A stretch of DNA of 64,000 nucleotides, from the NCBI GenBank assembly GCA_013265495.1, contig MU062119.1:3756388-3820387 (forward strand). The letters are read 5' to 3'. Positions 24,640 to 36,121 of the stretch are shown piece by piece. The notes beneath the pieces were generated by a model. The model ran no database searches. It was not told where the DNA came from and saw only the letters and a program-made list of their open reading frames with translations. Origin of the DNA: Vicugna vicugna. Taxonomy: Eukaryota. Position numbers and translations under genes: made by a program. Within the stretch, counting starts at the first letter, position 1; every line of letters starts with the position of its first letter.

Positions 24640-25095
24640 TCTAATATTTTTGACCTAATTTCAGGAAATCACAAATAACCATTCCAGAGCAGCTATTCTA
24701 TTTTTTCCACCGGTAAAGGAAGTCTGCATACTTTAAAACGTTTTTTTAATCATAAAGGAATAATAAAATAAATTATGGCACCTCCAGAAGATGGCATATT
24801 AGGCAGCCATTAAAACGATGTTTATAAGGGATCTTTAATGACCTGAGAAAGTGCTTATGAGATACTGACAAGCGCGCAAAGCGCAGTATGGAATTCCTGA
24901 CGCCGGCTTTGTAAAGGACGCAGCACGTGACACTCACGTTCACTTGAAGAAAAACGGATTGAAAAGAATTTACCACCGTGTTAATAGTGGTGACTTCTGA
25001 GCAGTGAAATTTAATGTCATCTTCATTTTCCTTTTTCACCTCTCCTAAATTCTCTCACAAGAAAGAGCCTGATGTTTATAACAGAAACCAAAGGA
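24640..25095 (+). mobile_element. L1ME-like LINE-1 3' fragment
   Basis: AAATAAATTATGGCAC..GCAGCCATTAAAA..GTGTTAATAGTGGTGACTTCTGAG..TTTTCACCTCTCCTAAATTCTC. Confidence 0.6.
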
Positions 25096-26169
25096 TTACA
25101 ATAAGACGCCATCTCTCCAAGAGAAAAGATGTTGAATTGAGATACAAAGAGAAAGTTAGCAGCGATCGTGTTATTAAGCTGGAAGGTTTCAAAATGACCT
25201 TTAAAAACCTAAATCCAAGTCCTCCGGTTTTATTTATACTTTTGAAAAGTAGCAGATCCTGTTCCATATGCGTCTTTATTTCACGTGTAAGCAACTGAGT
25301 CGAGGCATCAGGTTCTCTTTCCTCGTCAGCGGTAAAACATGCGGCCATTTCCATTTCAGACAGCCATGCGGAGAATTCTGATTGCTGCCAGGTTCCGCTT
25401 CCCGCTCCGGGTGCCTTGGTGGAGAGGTCCAGGGGAGCGAGATTCTAACCCAGTTTGCAGTGTGGCCCAGGGAGAGAGGGACCTGTCCCCATGTGGGCTA
25501 ATCTCTTCTTGTTTCGTCTAAAAAGCAAGAGAGGTTGACATTGGCCTTGAGAGGGAGCTTGCAGAAGGTATGGAGCGCAAGATGGCAGGTCACTGCAGAC
25601 CTGCTTTGCAGGGTGTTCCAGTCCCCGGCTGCCCAGTGGGAAGCGGCTGCCCCCGACCTCCCCATCCCCAGCTCCAGAGCAGCCCCTCACCAGCCCCACT
25701 CCCCCTCGCCCGCTGTTTTCCCATGCTGGTGAGTCTGGACGCAGCCCCGGGGTCAGCGCCAAGGCGGGGCGCAGTCTCCCTGAGCTCACGCAAGGGCCCT
25801 GGCCTGAGGATGGAGTAAACAGACTCTCCTTAAAGGTCACTTCTTCAGGCTCTGGCTCCAGCAGCCGGAGGAAGCTGCAATCATTTTTCAGGGCTGTAAA
25901 TGCCAGAAGAAAAACGCACTGACTCACAGCTTTCCTCTGTGCCCCTGGTCAGCGAGCGCCTCTCACAAGGCATTTCCTTGCCAAATACAGCTTCTCCCCC
26001 CACCGGCCTGAACCCGGAATAGACCTCAAGTAACCTTTGCTTAAGGGTCTTGGGATGCAAGCTTCTAAACTTAGTTTGCAAGCCATGGTGGTTCCCAGCT
26101 AGTGGACTTTACATGAAAAACTTTGGGCCCAGGGTGGCATTTTTACATTAAAAAGGATCACAGTGGGCA

Positions 26170-26260
26170 CTTTTGTTTTGTTTCTAGTTTCGTTTTGTTT
26201 TGTTTTTTGGTTTTTTTCAAGGTTTTTTTGGCTGATTGCTGTTTGGTTTGGTTTGGTTTG
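26170..26260 (+). repeat. Imperfect (TTTG/TTGG)n low-complexity tract
   Basis: TTTTGTTTTG..TTGTTTTTTGGTTTTTTT..GTTTGGTTTGGTTTGGTTTG. Confidence 0.7.
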
Positions 26261-27204
26261 AAACAACATGAAAGATTTTATTTCGATGGCCCCACCTTCC
26301 TCAGATTAGGAGCCCATAGCTTAACCTGTTACTTGTACATCCTGAGGACAGACAAATTGTGTGTCCACTGAGATGAAATTTAGGGATTACTTTCAGTGAG
26401 GCTGAGCAGTGTCCTGTCCAACTAAACGTATCCTTCCCACTGTCCAGTTCACAAGGATGAATATGCCCCTTTTAAAAAATGCATGATTACTCCTGGCAAA
26501 GTACAACTGTTTAATTCATTGGACTAATTCATACTAAAGTGGGGTTGACTGAGGCTAGACCTGAGGACTAATCTGATCTCTTAAAACAGCTCCCAGTCAG
26601 GGGAAAGATAGGAGTGAGTACTTTGGACTAATCTGGGGTCTCTGTTGAGTTAGACTTTTTTTCCATATGGGATGTGTGAGCCAGAAGCCGACGGGCAGGA
26701 GTCATGGGACACCTTTGAGGCTGGGCTGGCCTCCCCTCTGGGGAGCCCCAGCCGCCAGCCAGTGCACTCTGCACAAAGCCCAAACTCAGCGAGGGTCTGC
26801 GGCGAGGCTAGTTCTCTTGGGCAGCTGAAGATGGTGTCTGTAGCAGAAGTCTTCAAAAATCTGTAGTTACATTTTCTAAGTTAGATTTCAAAGCAGCTTG
26901 ACGTCTCCTTTGTGAGCCTAAGTGGTGCCATTTCCAAGTGTTTGAGAAACAGCACAACTCAGCCACTCGCCCTGCTGCTTTATAGCTGTGTGACCATCCA
27001 CGGGTTCCTTCACCTTTGTGTCTCAGTGACCTCGACTGGAACAAAGATGAATGTAGCCTAACATGCATCCAGCATTGTTGGAGGCTTGAGACCCTTGCTC
27101 CCTGAAGGGCTTACTTAGTGCCCTTTGTACTACGGCAGGGCTATTCCAGACGTCCTGTCTTTTAAGGGTTAACAAAGCAGCGCTGGGAAGGCAGCAGACC
27201 ATCT

Positions 27205-27227
27205 CGGCGGCGGCGGCGGCGGCGCGG
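27205..27227 (+). repeat. (CGG)6 trinucleotide repeat
   Basis: CGGCGGCGGCGGCGGCGG CGCGG read directly. Confidence 0.95.
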
Positions 27228-27604
27228 AGCTCCCCAGCCGCCTGAGTGTTCAAACACCAGATTCAGGGTGACTTGTTTTGAGAGAAACAGTTGGGCTGAT
27301 TCAAGTATTCGATGGATGGACAGAGGTGTGGAGGGGGTGGGGCATGACCATTAAAGACCTTTGCATCATGAAGATCTAGGGCCAAACAGCTGCCCCAGTT
27401 CACAGGGGCATAAACGACAGAGGGAAACAGGCGGAAGAGCGACAGTGAGCTGCTCCTTTGTGCCTCCAGTATTGGCACATGGGAAGGACCGGCGGCGCCC
27501 AGCGTGAGGCAGGAACGGAAGGGGACCCAGCAGTAGCTGGTTTGTGGAAGGAAAATCGGCAATCCCTTGTTTGTGGATGGCTTGCTCTGACACATCACTA
27601 TTTT

Positions 27605-28160
27605 GAATACCAAAGCTTTATATTCCAGGAATTGACCCCAGGAGACACTTAGGCGGATCCTCAGTGCAAAGGATGTTCATTGCAGCGTGGTTAGAATATA
27701 GAAATATATTCTATGAATATATTCAGGAATATATTCCAGGAATTGACCCCAGGAGATACTTAGGCGGATCCTCAGTGCAAAGGATGTTCATTGCAGCGTG
27801 GTTTATAACACGTAATAGCAAAACTTGGGAAAAGTCTGAATGCCACTGTTGGAGTTTGTGGGACACGACAGGAGTATGTGTAGATGATGTGGATCTGTAT
27901 TTACTGACATGAAAATACATCCGGGCCCTACTGTGGAGCTAACAAGAGAAACAAGTCTACAGCAGCACGTGGGGTACCATGCCACCTTTGTAAACTAGTA
28001 TACGTTGATCTCTCTGGGTATAATTTGCATAGACAAACGTTTAAGGAAATTTTACCAAAATATTATTTCTGCATGATGAGGTTTTAGACAGACAGTCATT
28101 ACTTTTTCTTTAAATTTCGATGCTTTTTTGGGCAATTTATAATAAGAAACTTTTATAAGA
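27605..28160 (+). mobile_element. L1ME-like LINE-1 3' fragment carrying an internal tandem duplication
   Basis: TTCCAGGAATTGACCCCAGGAG..CAAAGGATGTTCATTGCAGCGTGGTTTATAA..AGCAAAACTTGGGAAAA..GATCTGTATTTACTGACATGAAAA. Confidence 0.65.
27619..27803 (+). repeat. Direct duplication of 74 bp (27619-27692 and 27730-27803), 1 mismatch
   Basis: TATATTCCAGGAATTGACCCCAGGAGA(C/T)ACTTAGGCGGATCCTCAGTGCAAAGGATGTTCATTGCAGCGTGGTT occurs twice, 111 bp apart. Confidence 0.95.
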
Positions 28161-29234
28161 GCTTTAGAGGACTATCTATGCCCTAATTTTGAAAATAAAA
28201 ATGGAATAACTCACTGAGCCCTGCAGAAACTCTCGAAGCTATCCCGCCTGGCCTGGTCCATCTAATAAGATGACATTCCAGGACAGGGAGCTTGCGGTGA
28301 CAGTGGAAGACAGTTGACGGATGGCAGAGCCCTCCAGCCCATCTGGGCTGATGGGCTGATAACCCCTCACACGGCCTGGCTCACTCTGGACCACAGGGCT
28401 GGCTGCAGACCCCGCAGTCCCCAGCCTCCCTCCGAAGTAAACAGGAAGCAGAACCCGCGCTGGGAGCTGGCAGGGGACCTGGCTTCCCTGCCGTGAGCAG
28501 AGCGGAGCAGATCTGGGTCCCCAGCGCTCGCTCGCAGCACAGCCTGAAATTCCCAGGAAGCAGGCGGCAGGCTTGGACGCTGGCGGTGGTGGGGGCGTGA
28601 GTCGTGAACTAAGCTCCTGAGCCTCTCCCGACAGGGAGGGACCGCGGGGAACAGTCAGATGGAGACAGACAGAGGGGGACACAAGGGGACAGTCGAACAG
28701 AGGAACAGGGACAGAGAGAGACAGAGACCGACGAAGGGAGAAAAAGGGGGTCAGACCCACTTTACGGCACGGTCAATTCAGGAAATGAGGATGCGAGTGG
28801 GGATATCGAAAGGGAGAACCCTGCACTCTGCAGAGTTGCCCCCTCGGCGTGGATGCCGGTTGCGATCACTCACGGCCACCCCAGATGACTACTGCCACCG
28901 AGGAAGCCTGGGGTCCTTATCCCAGGGTCCGCCTGGCTGGGCTCAGGCTGAACGCTGGGAAAACAAAATCCCATTTGTTCTGCTTACCATGTGGGATTTC
29001 CAAGGTGATGAATGAAGTACAGCCTGGATGTAAAATGATTAAAAATCATACAGTGCTGCACTGGTGCACAGCATCCCGTTTATATTCTAGAATTACTTTC
29101 AGTAAATTAAACCAAATTGCAGGTCACTCTGAGCTGAAGAAGAAAAACAAAAAACTCACAGAAATTACCTGTCCAAAAATGTTCTAAAAAACCTCACAAA
29201 AGCATCCCCTTTGTGAGGTTCAGTTTGTTTTCCG

Positions 29235-29480
29235 TTCATTCATTCACAATTATTCATGAATTTCTTCCTGCGTTCCGGACTGTCCTATCCCAGGGGACAG
29301 TGTGGTGAACAAAAGACAGAAACCTTTGCCTCCCCAGGGTTCATTTCTGGCGGGAAACAGAACAAACTTGCAGGAAATGTGGCCCCACACAGCCACAGCA
29401 GCCTGGGGGGTGATCAGTACTGAAGGAGTGGCCGTCAGGGGATGGTCCTCATTCCAGGACAGGGGACACAACGGATGCTG
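29235..29480 (-). mobile_element. L2 LINE 3' end
   Basis: TTCATTCATTCACAA..GGGGACAGTGTGGTGAACAAAAGACAGAAACCTTTGCCTCCCCAGGGTTCATTTCTGGCGGG. Confidence 0.75.
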
Positions 29481-29927
29481 GTGAAAACCCAAGCTGAAGT
29501 GGACCCAAGGCCTGGAACTGAGCCCCTAACGTCAAGCGTCCGCGTCCACGCTGTGCGTGTGCACACACAGATGCCCTCCGACCCCCCGGGGTCCTGACTG
29601 CAGAGGACAGCCCAGCTCCAGCGCCCACAGGTAGCTCCTCAGCTGGTGCGTTTCCAAGGAGAGCAGCTCTTGAAGCTGTTCTGTGACAAAAGACACGAAA
29701 ACATCTACGTGTTACAAGAACACCTGAAAGCAGGATTCATCTGAGTAGGGGTTTTGCAGGGCTTTTCATATCATCATCATTTTTGCCAGGCTGTTGTTTG
29801 CGCAATACTTTGTAAAGATTTTAAACTGAGAGTTTGGGAATAGCCTTTCTCCCTACAACGATGACAATAAAAGCCAGCTGACTGTGAGCCAGGGACAATT
29901 CTCAGTGCTTGGCATTTATTAATTCAT

Positions 29928-30070
29928 NNNNNNNNNNNNNNNNNNNNNNNNNNNNNNNNNNNNNNNNNNNNNNNNNNNNNNNNNNNNNNNNNNNNNNNNN
30001 NNNNNNNNNNNNNNNNNNNNNNNNNNNNNNNNNNNNNNNNNNNNNNNNNNNNNNNNNNNNNNNNNNNNNN
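29928..30070. other. Assembly gap (143 N)
   Basis: Run of N. Confidence 1.
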
Positions 30071-30849
30071 ATCTTGTGTTCACCTTTACCCACTGTGGGT
30101 GAGTCACTGGTACATGAAGCCGGCTCTGTGTCTGGCTCTGCTGGGTCATCCGTGTTCTCACCTCTAATTAGCCCACATTTTGGGGGGCTAAGTCTCAGCC
30201 CCACCCCCAGTCTACTAGTGAAGGGGACACCAAGTGACCTATCCAAGACCACAGACCCAGTGAGTGGAGGGGCCGGGGTCACCCCAGGTCTGTGTGACAC
30301 AGTGACTGTGTCTTTGCAAAGAAAAATGAAACACAGAGAACACAGAACACAGACAAACAAAATAGCATCACTATGTTAAATAATTGTGATGTTGATTACA
30401 TGAGTCTTTGAGGCCTTGGAGAGGATAAACTTTGGGGGAGAAAAACCTACCTAAAAAAGCCCCCCAAATCCAATTTAGATTTTCTCCCAAGAAGAAGCAA
30501 TTTCAGGAGCTTACATGCAAAGTCTGTGGCATGCTAGAAGTCATGAACGCAGAGACTGTTTCCAGGGAGCCTTTCCCCTTGTCTGCAGCGTTCCTGGGAG
30601 GGAATTAATCAGGGAGTGTTTACTGCACGCCCTGGAGCTACTCTGAGAATGTGTCCCAGGCCAGCAGCGCGGGGTGAACGGCGCTGCCCCGTCCTCTCGC
30701 TGCATGTCCTGCTTAAAGCGCAGCAAGTGAAACTGGTTTCTGTGGGGCCAGACCGCTTTGCTTTCCCTCTCCCTGCGCTGTGCCAGCGCCTCTGGATCGC
30801 ATTAAGCTGCATAAATAACAAGGCTGTTGTCAGATTCCCCGGTGAGGCG

Positions 30850-31230
30850 AGGGCAGAGGGGGAGCCCCGGGGCATGACCTCCGTGTTTCTCAGCGGGACT
30901 GCCAGCGCCTCCGCGGCCGCGCCAGGGCTGGGCCGGGGGAGGGTCTGCGCGGCGCTCGCGGGGCGGCCGGACCTGCGGCGGTTCCCGTGCGGGAAGCCAC
31001 GCGAGATTCCCGCCGCCGCCGCCGCGGGCCGCGAGCCTCCCGGCCGCGCACCTGGGCGCCGAGCTGCGCAGTGCTCTGCGCATGCGCCTCCGGGTCCGCA
31101 GCCGTTGAAAAGGGCGTGCGTGGCGGCGGCACCTGGGCAGAAGCGTGAGTCTCCCTGGGACCCAGGGACGCAGGGAAGCTGGCGCCCCCTCGCCCCCGCC
31201 GTCCTGCTTTGGGCAGCCGCTTCCAGGTAC
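30850..31230. promoter_or_regulatory. CpG island / promoter-like element with NRF1 and E2F motifs
   Basis: Very high GC and CpG density; TGCGCATGCGC 31077-31087; GCGGGAA 30989-30995 and TTCCCGCC 31007-31014; short GCC repeat; candidate donor AGC|GTGAGT 31144|31145. Confidence 0.8.
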
Positions 31231-31539
31231 ACAAAAGCCTGCTGCCTGTGAGAAGGCAGGGTCAGGGCTCAGCTTCCGGCTACCTGGCCTAACCCACCTC
31301 GGCACCCTGCTCCCTCGGGCGGAGGGCCACGCTCACTCGCTCAGCGTGAGGTGGGTGCTTGTCCAGGTTGGCTGTTCCTCCAGGTTCTGCCCCCCCTTGG
31401 TGGGGGCACTGGGAACTGCTCTGCCAATGAACGATACCCCAACTTGTTTCTCCAGTTTTTAAGTGCAATATGTTAGTGGTTTTAAAAAAAAGGAAGGAAG
31501 GAAAAGGCGTGGGGGCGAAGGGAAAGGAGATGGAACTGC

Positions 31540-31722
31540 TGACCTACTACGTGCTGGGCACGAGCTGCACCTTTCAAAACTCGATGCCCACAACCCTCCT
31601 GGTGACAGGGTTATAGGCCCATTTCATGGATGAGCAAACTGAGGTTCAGGGGGATTTGTAATTTGTCTTGCTCACACCCACACGCAGCGTGGGATCCAGC
31701 CGGGATTCAACCTGGAAGTTCT
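31540..31722 (-). mobile_element. MIR SINE
   Basis: ACCTACTACGTGCTGGGCAC..CACAACCCT..CCCATTTCATGGATGAGCAAACTGAGGTTCAG..GGGATTCAACC. Confidence 0.75.
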
Positions 31723-32094
31723 AGTGAGAGGAGGTCCCAGAATGAGAAGCATCCCCTTATCACCTTTCTTGGGGATTGCAATGAGATCCTTCCTTCTCCA
31801 CTGCGTCATTCCTCGACCACTTTAGTCCTGCTCCGTTCCCCTCTTTGCATCTGCAAGGCACGGCCTTGCCTGTTTTAGCAAGGAGATGATTTCAGGGTTC
31901 CTCCTCCATGGAAAGCCCTTCTTATTCTTGTAATTATTCGCTAATAATTTAATACCATCCCAAGGAACAGGGCAATGTGGTAGAGAGAACTTTGAGGAAT
32001 GGGACCAGGTCTTTCCTCATGCCCAAGATGGCAGAGCCTCTTCAGCATCCGATGACCTCACCCATGGATTAACAAGGAGCTTCTCCTGCAGTCC

Positions 32095-32185
32095 CAGGTC
32101 TCACTTGGGCTTTGCCTGTGTGACCTCATTCAATCCTCACAGCAACCGTAGGCCCATTTTCCAGACAAAGAAACTGAGTGCAGGT
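32095..32185 (-). mobile_element. MIR SINE fragment
   Basis: CTCATTCAATCCTCACAGCAACC..CCCATTTTCCAGACAAAGAAACTGAG. Confidence 0.7.
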
Positions 32186-33786
32186 GTACCAGCCAGGTGC
32201 TTCAGCAGCCTGGACCTGGGAGGACGACTCAAGAGTCACGGACACATTCCACTTGATGGTGTTCCGGAAGAGTTTCCGGGACATAAGTTCAAACAGAGCC
32301 CCAGCCAGGGATGCTCTGACGGCAGGCTCTCCACCCCACCATCCTGTCCGGTTGTATTGGGTGTTCTTGTTCTCTGAGAACCTAACGTATCTCTCTGCTC
32401 CTTGTCTGCTTCTCCCTCCAGATGACGAGACCTCTGTCCTTGGTGTCCATCGTTATGTCCTTGGAGTGTGGGCTGGTGACTCCCATAGCAGGTGCTCATT
32501 AAACATGGCTGGACAGTGGAGGGAGATGGACAGGGCAGCAGTGCCGAGTTCAAAGGCTTGGCTCACACCTGATTCTCCCAGGGAGGGCTCCCTGAGCCCC
32601 AGGACTGCAACCTCCCCCATTCTGTGGAGACGGCCCGGGGCTGCCCTCCGTCTGGCTCTGATCTGCGGAACAGCAACCTTGACGGGGGCTTCAAAGCACG
32701 TCTGCCAGTAGATCAAGGCTTCTCTCAGCCATGACAGCCCCCATCGCTCACCTCCCCAAATAAACCTGCATAATGAAGACAGATGGCCCTGGTCAGCACT
32801 GGCCGTGCTGGGAGCCGAGCAGTGCCTGCAGATGGGGCCGTGGCGGCGTGAGGCCACACACCCCACCCTGGAGCAGTGGTTTGGGGTGTTACCAGGATGG
32901 AGACTAGCTGCACCCCCTCCATCACCCTAGGGGGCAACATCTCTATTTGATAAGCCCGGTGAGTCTAAGGAGATGGGCCCCTTCCCAGACTCCTCATTAA
33001 GGAAGCACCCGGGGACTTGGGAGCCCCACCCCGGACATGGAGGAATGGCAGGTGGTGGGGGTGGGTGAAAGGCGGTGAGCGGGGGAGGAGCAGCAGACCC
33101 TGAACCCCGTTGGCTCACGAGCCTCTCATGTTCACAGGAGAGGGGGTGGCTTCATTGGAGGGGGTGGCAGAGATGTCAGCTCACACCCAGGGCCTCCACT
33201 GGTGAGACTTTCTGGAGGGAGGCAGCTTCCAGCTGTCTCGGGGCAGGAAAGGCATGGCAGGCAGGCACTCAGCGAGGCCCACCCGGGTCTTGTGCAGAGT
33301 CTGGGGAGGGTGCAGGCCGCTAGCTGGAGGGAACCGATGGGAGTGCGAGTCCCAGGGGGGTGAGCGCTGGGCCCCAGGAGGCAGCGCCCAGACACCCTGC
33401 ACACCAACTGCAGTGACCACCCCAGCTCACAGACGGGGAAACTGAGGCCCGAAGGGGCGCAGCCCACAGAGTGAGACCCCGAGGCACATGCACGCCTGGT
33501 TAGAGGGGCCCCACCGGGTGTCTAGACGCTTCTCCCAGCCTCCTGGGGCACAGAGGAAACGCGATGAGGCGAGGCCGGCCTGCGTGCGTTGTGTGTGGGG
33601 GGGGGCAGGCGGGCAGGCGATGCCTGTGTGGTCCGAGGGGGCTTTGTGTGTGTGGTCCGCCACCAGCCCAGCGCTGATCATCTGTCCAAAGGCTGCTAAC
33701 TGCCTGCCCGGTGACCAGTCTGTTTACTTTAGTCCTGTCTGCACCAACTGAACTCAGAGAGCTGTCTCTCTCCAGCTGGACCTCCT

Positions 33787-33910
33787 CAGGGGGAGAAGGA
33801 AGGCGGGAGAGGGAGGGAGAGATGGGAGAGGGAAGGAGAGGGAGCCCCGGGAAGGGAGGGGAGGGAGAGGTGGGGGACGGAGAGAGGAGAAGAGGATTTG
33901 GAAGAAAGTG
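33787..33910 (+). repeat. GA-rich polypurine tract
   Basis: GGGGGAGAAGGAAGGCGGGAGAGGGAGGGAGAGATGGGAGAGGGAAGGAGAGGG... Confidence 0.75.
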
Positions 33911-34954
33911 ACGACACGTGAAGCTCTGCACCGGGTAAGCTGTACAGGCGGTTTCCAAGAAATCCAGATGACCACCGAGGGGCCATTTCTCGTCCAGCCT
34001 TTCTCTGGCACCTTCCAGCCTCGGCCCCTCCCTGCTCCCCGCCCCATCCCCACACACGTTTGCTCAGTTGGACTGGGGCGATGAGTCACCCCTACCGAGC
34101 GTGGCTGGAGTTTGGCCTGTGTTCCTCCTCGCTCACACGGAAAGATGTCCCGAGGGGACGTGCGGTGCGCGTGTCTGCAAACCTGGGTGCAGGGAAGGCT
34201 GGCCGGGTGGGAGGTGTGGGCGAGTGTGGGCAGGGCCTGCGCCTGGTGTCCGTCTGTCCATCCCGTGCAGGGATTTCAGCCTTTGCGGGGTTTCCTGAGG
34301 GTGGGATGAGGGGGTGTCCTCTGGAGGGAAACCTCCCACGGAAATACATCTCGGAGGTGAGCTTATGACCTGCGGCCATGTGTGATTTCATTGCTTCCGC
34401 GAACGTGTTCAGATGATGTCCCCTCTCAGAATCTTGGTACTCAGCTTCAGTTTACATTTACCCCAACTTTACGTTTTCGATTGAGGATTTACTCCTCTTC
34501 AGGATGTTTCATATAAATCGTCTCAGTATCATACGCCATCAAGAGGGATGGAAATGAGAGAGACAGAGAGACGGTTCTAGAAGGTCTGGTTTCAATGGAT
34601 GTCAGACTGGCACTTTTGTATTGAGGTGAGATCTGCAGTCTGTAAGAAAATGATCAGATGTCATGCATAGAGAGGTTTCATTCTCCTGAGCTCTTTTTTG
34701 AACCGAAAGGCATCTTGGCAGTTCGTTAGCTAACCCCCACTGGTTTGCCGTCCCTTCCTGTGGTTTTACACAAAAGCAGAGCCGCCCCCCCCCCCGCCTC
34801 CGGACAGACCAGGCGCCTGACTACATCGCTGGTTCCGAACCAGGTGGATTACAAACGCACAGCCTGGAGGTGAACAGGCGGTCTCATGGGGCGGCTTGTT
34901 TCCCAAAAGAGCAGCAGACTCCTTTTTTGACCCTGAGGTAAAACCCACGTAAGA

Positions 34955-35150
34955 GAACATTGAAGTGAACAATTCAGCTGCATTTAGCTCCTTCACAATG
35001 TCGTAACAATCACCGCCTCTGTCTAGTTCCAAAATGTTTTTATATATCATTCTTTGCAAAAGAACACCCCACAGCCACTAAGCAGTTTCGCTCCAGCCCC
35101 CGCCGGCACCTGTAATCTGCTTCCTGTCTACAGATTTACCTGGAAAATCA
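34955..35150 (-). mobile_element. L1MA/L1MB-like LINE-1 3' fragment
   Basis: AAGTGAACAATTCAGCTGCATTTAG..TTCACAATGTCGTAACAATCACC..TCTAGTTCCAAAA..GGCACCTGTAATCTGCTTCCTGTCT. Confidence 0.75.
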
Positions 35151-35249
35151 GGCATTTCTTACTCACCAAAAGTACTGAATGAAAATAGCTTAGTTGTTGT
35201 ATTAATATTATGAAAAATCACATACTCAGGTAGAAATATCAGTCATTAC

Positions 35250-35630
35250 CAAAAATATAAAAAAGACAGTTGAAAAATGCCCCCTCCCAATTTCTAACTC
35301 TAAATGACTAAAGGCAGCATTTGGTGGCCCCCAGCCTTCCCTGCTCCAGCTTCTCTCCGTATAAACATTGCCATCACCCTTCCTTTTGAAAGCTAGTGGA
35401 ATCATATTGGACAGCTAGTTTGGAACCTGATTTTTTAACCTAACAATGTATGTCAGGGACATATTTTCATGTCAGCACACACAGCTCTCCCTGAGCGTTT
35501 TCATCTGCCCCGGCTCCTTCCTGCAGACCCGCAGTTGCTTTAAGCCACCCCCTGGCTGGGTGACTAGGTGCTAGCATCTAGTTTTCATTCAAAAGGACTG
35601 ACTTTCTGGGCTGTTAATTGATTGGATTTA
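35250..35630 (-). mobile_element. L1ME-like fragment
   Basis: GGAATCATATT..CTGATTTTTTAACCTAACAATGTATGTCAGGGACATATTTTCATGTCAGCACACACAGCTCT. Confidence 0.5.
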
Positions 35631-35976
35631 GGGGCTTGCTCTCTGGCGGGAGGGATTGAGGAAGGATTTAAGAATTCTGGGGAGGAATTCAGGACTTCCT
35701 GACACCACCAGTGAGACCCCAGAGACCTGCAGGCACACCCGCGCGGTGCAGCCCCAGCAGAGATGACCTGGTGTTGTTAGAAGGAGTTGCCCAAGGACGG
35801 GTGACCTGCCAGCAAGTCCACCTAAGGAGGAGGCACATCCGGGCTGGCCGTGCGTGCCCAGCATGGGAGCAAGTTGTGCAGCGGTCAGGTGTGGTGATGG
35901 TTCTGGGAAGAGAGCAGCATTGAGGGTGAGGGAGGAAGCATCCAGGCTGGCATCGCTTCTGGGATGCTGGCCTGGA

Positions 35977-36121
35977 NNNNNNNNNNNNNNNNNNNNNNNN
36001 NNNNNNNNNNNNNNNNNNNNNNNNNNNNNNNNNNNNNNNNNNNNNNNNNNNNNNNNNNNNNNNNNNNNNNNNNNNNNNNNNNNNNNNNNNNNNNNNNNNN
36101 NNNNNNNNNNNNNNNNNNNNN
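35977..36121. other. Assembly gap (145 N)
   Basis: Run of N. Confidence 1.

Noticed and set aside
27619-27803. Repeat-spacer-repeat structure superficially CRISPR-like
   Set aside because: Only two 74-bp units, inside a mammalian L1 fragment, no cas genes; a local duplication.
29902-30379. ORFs spanning the N gaps (also 35689-36222)
   Set aside because: Artefacts of translating N as X.
31178-31197. CTCF-like GGCGAGGGGGCGCCAG at the CpG-island edge
   Set aside because: Only the 3' half matches; the conserved CC at core positions 1-2 is absent.
30609-31305. Three 167-211-aa ORFs over the CpG island
   Set aside because: Stop-codon scarcity in very GC-rich DNA opens frames on both strands; no recognisable protein.
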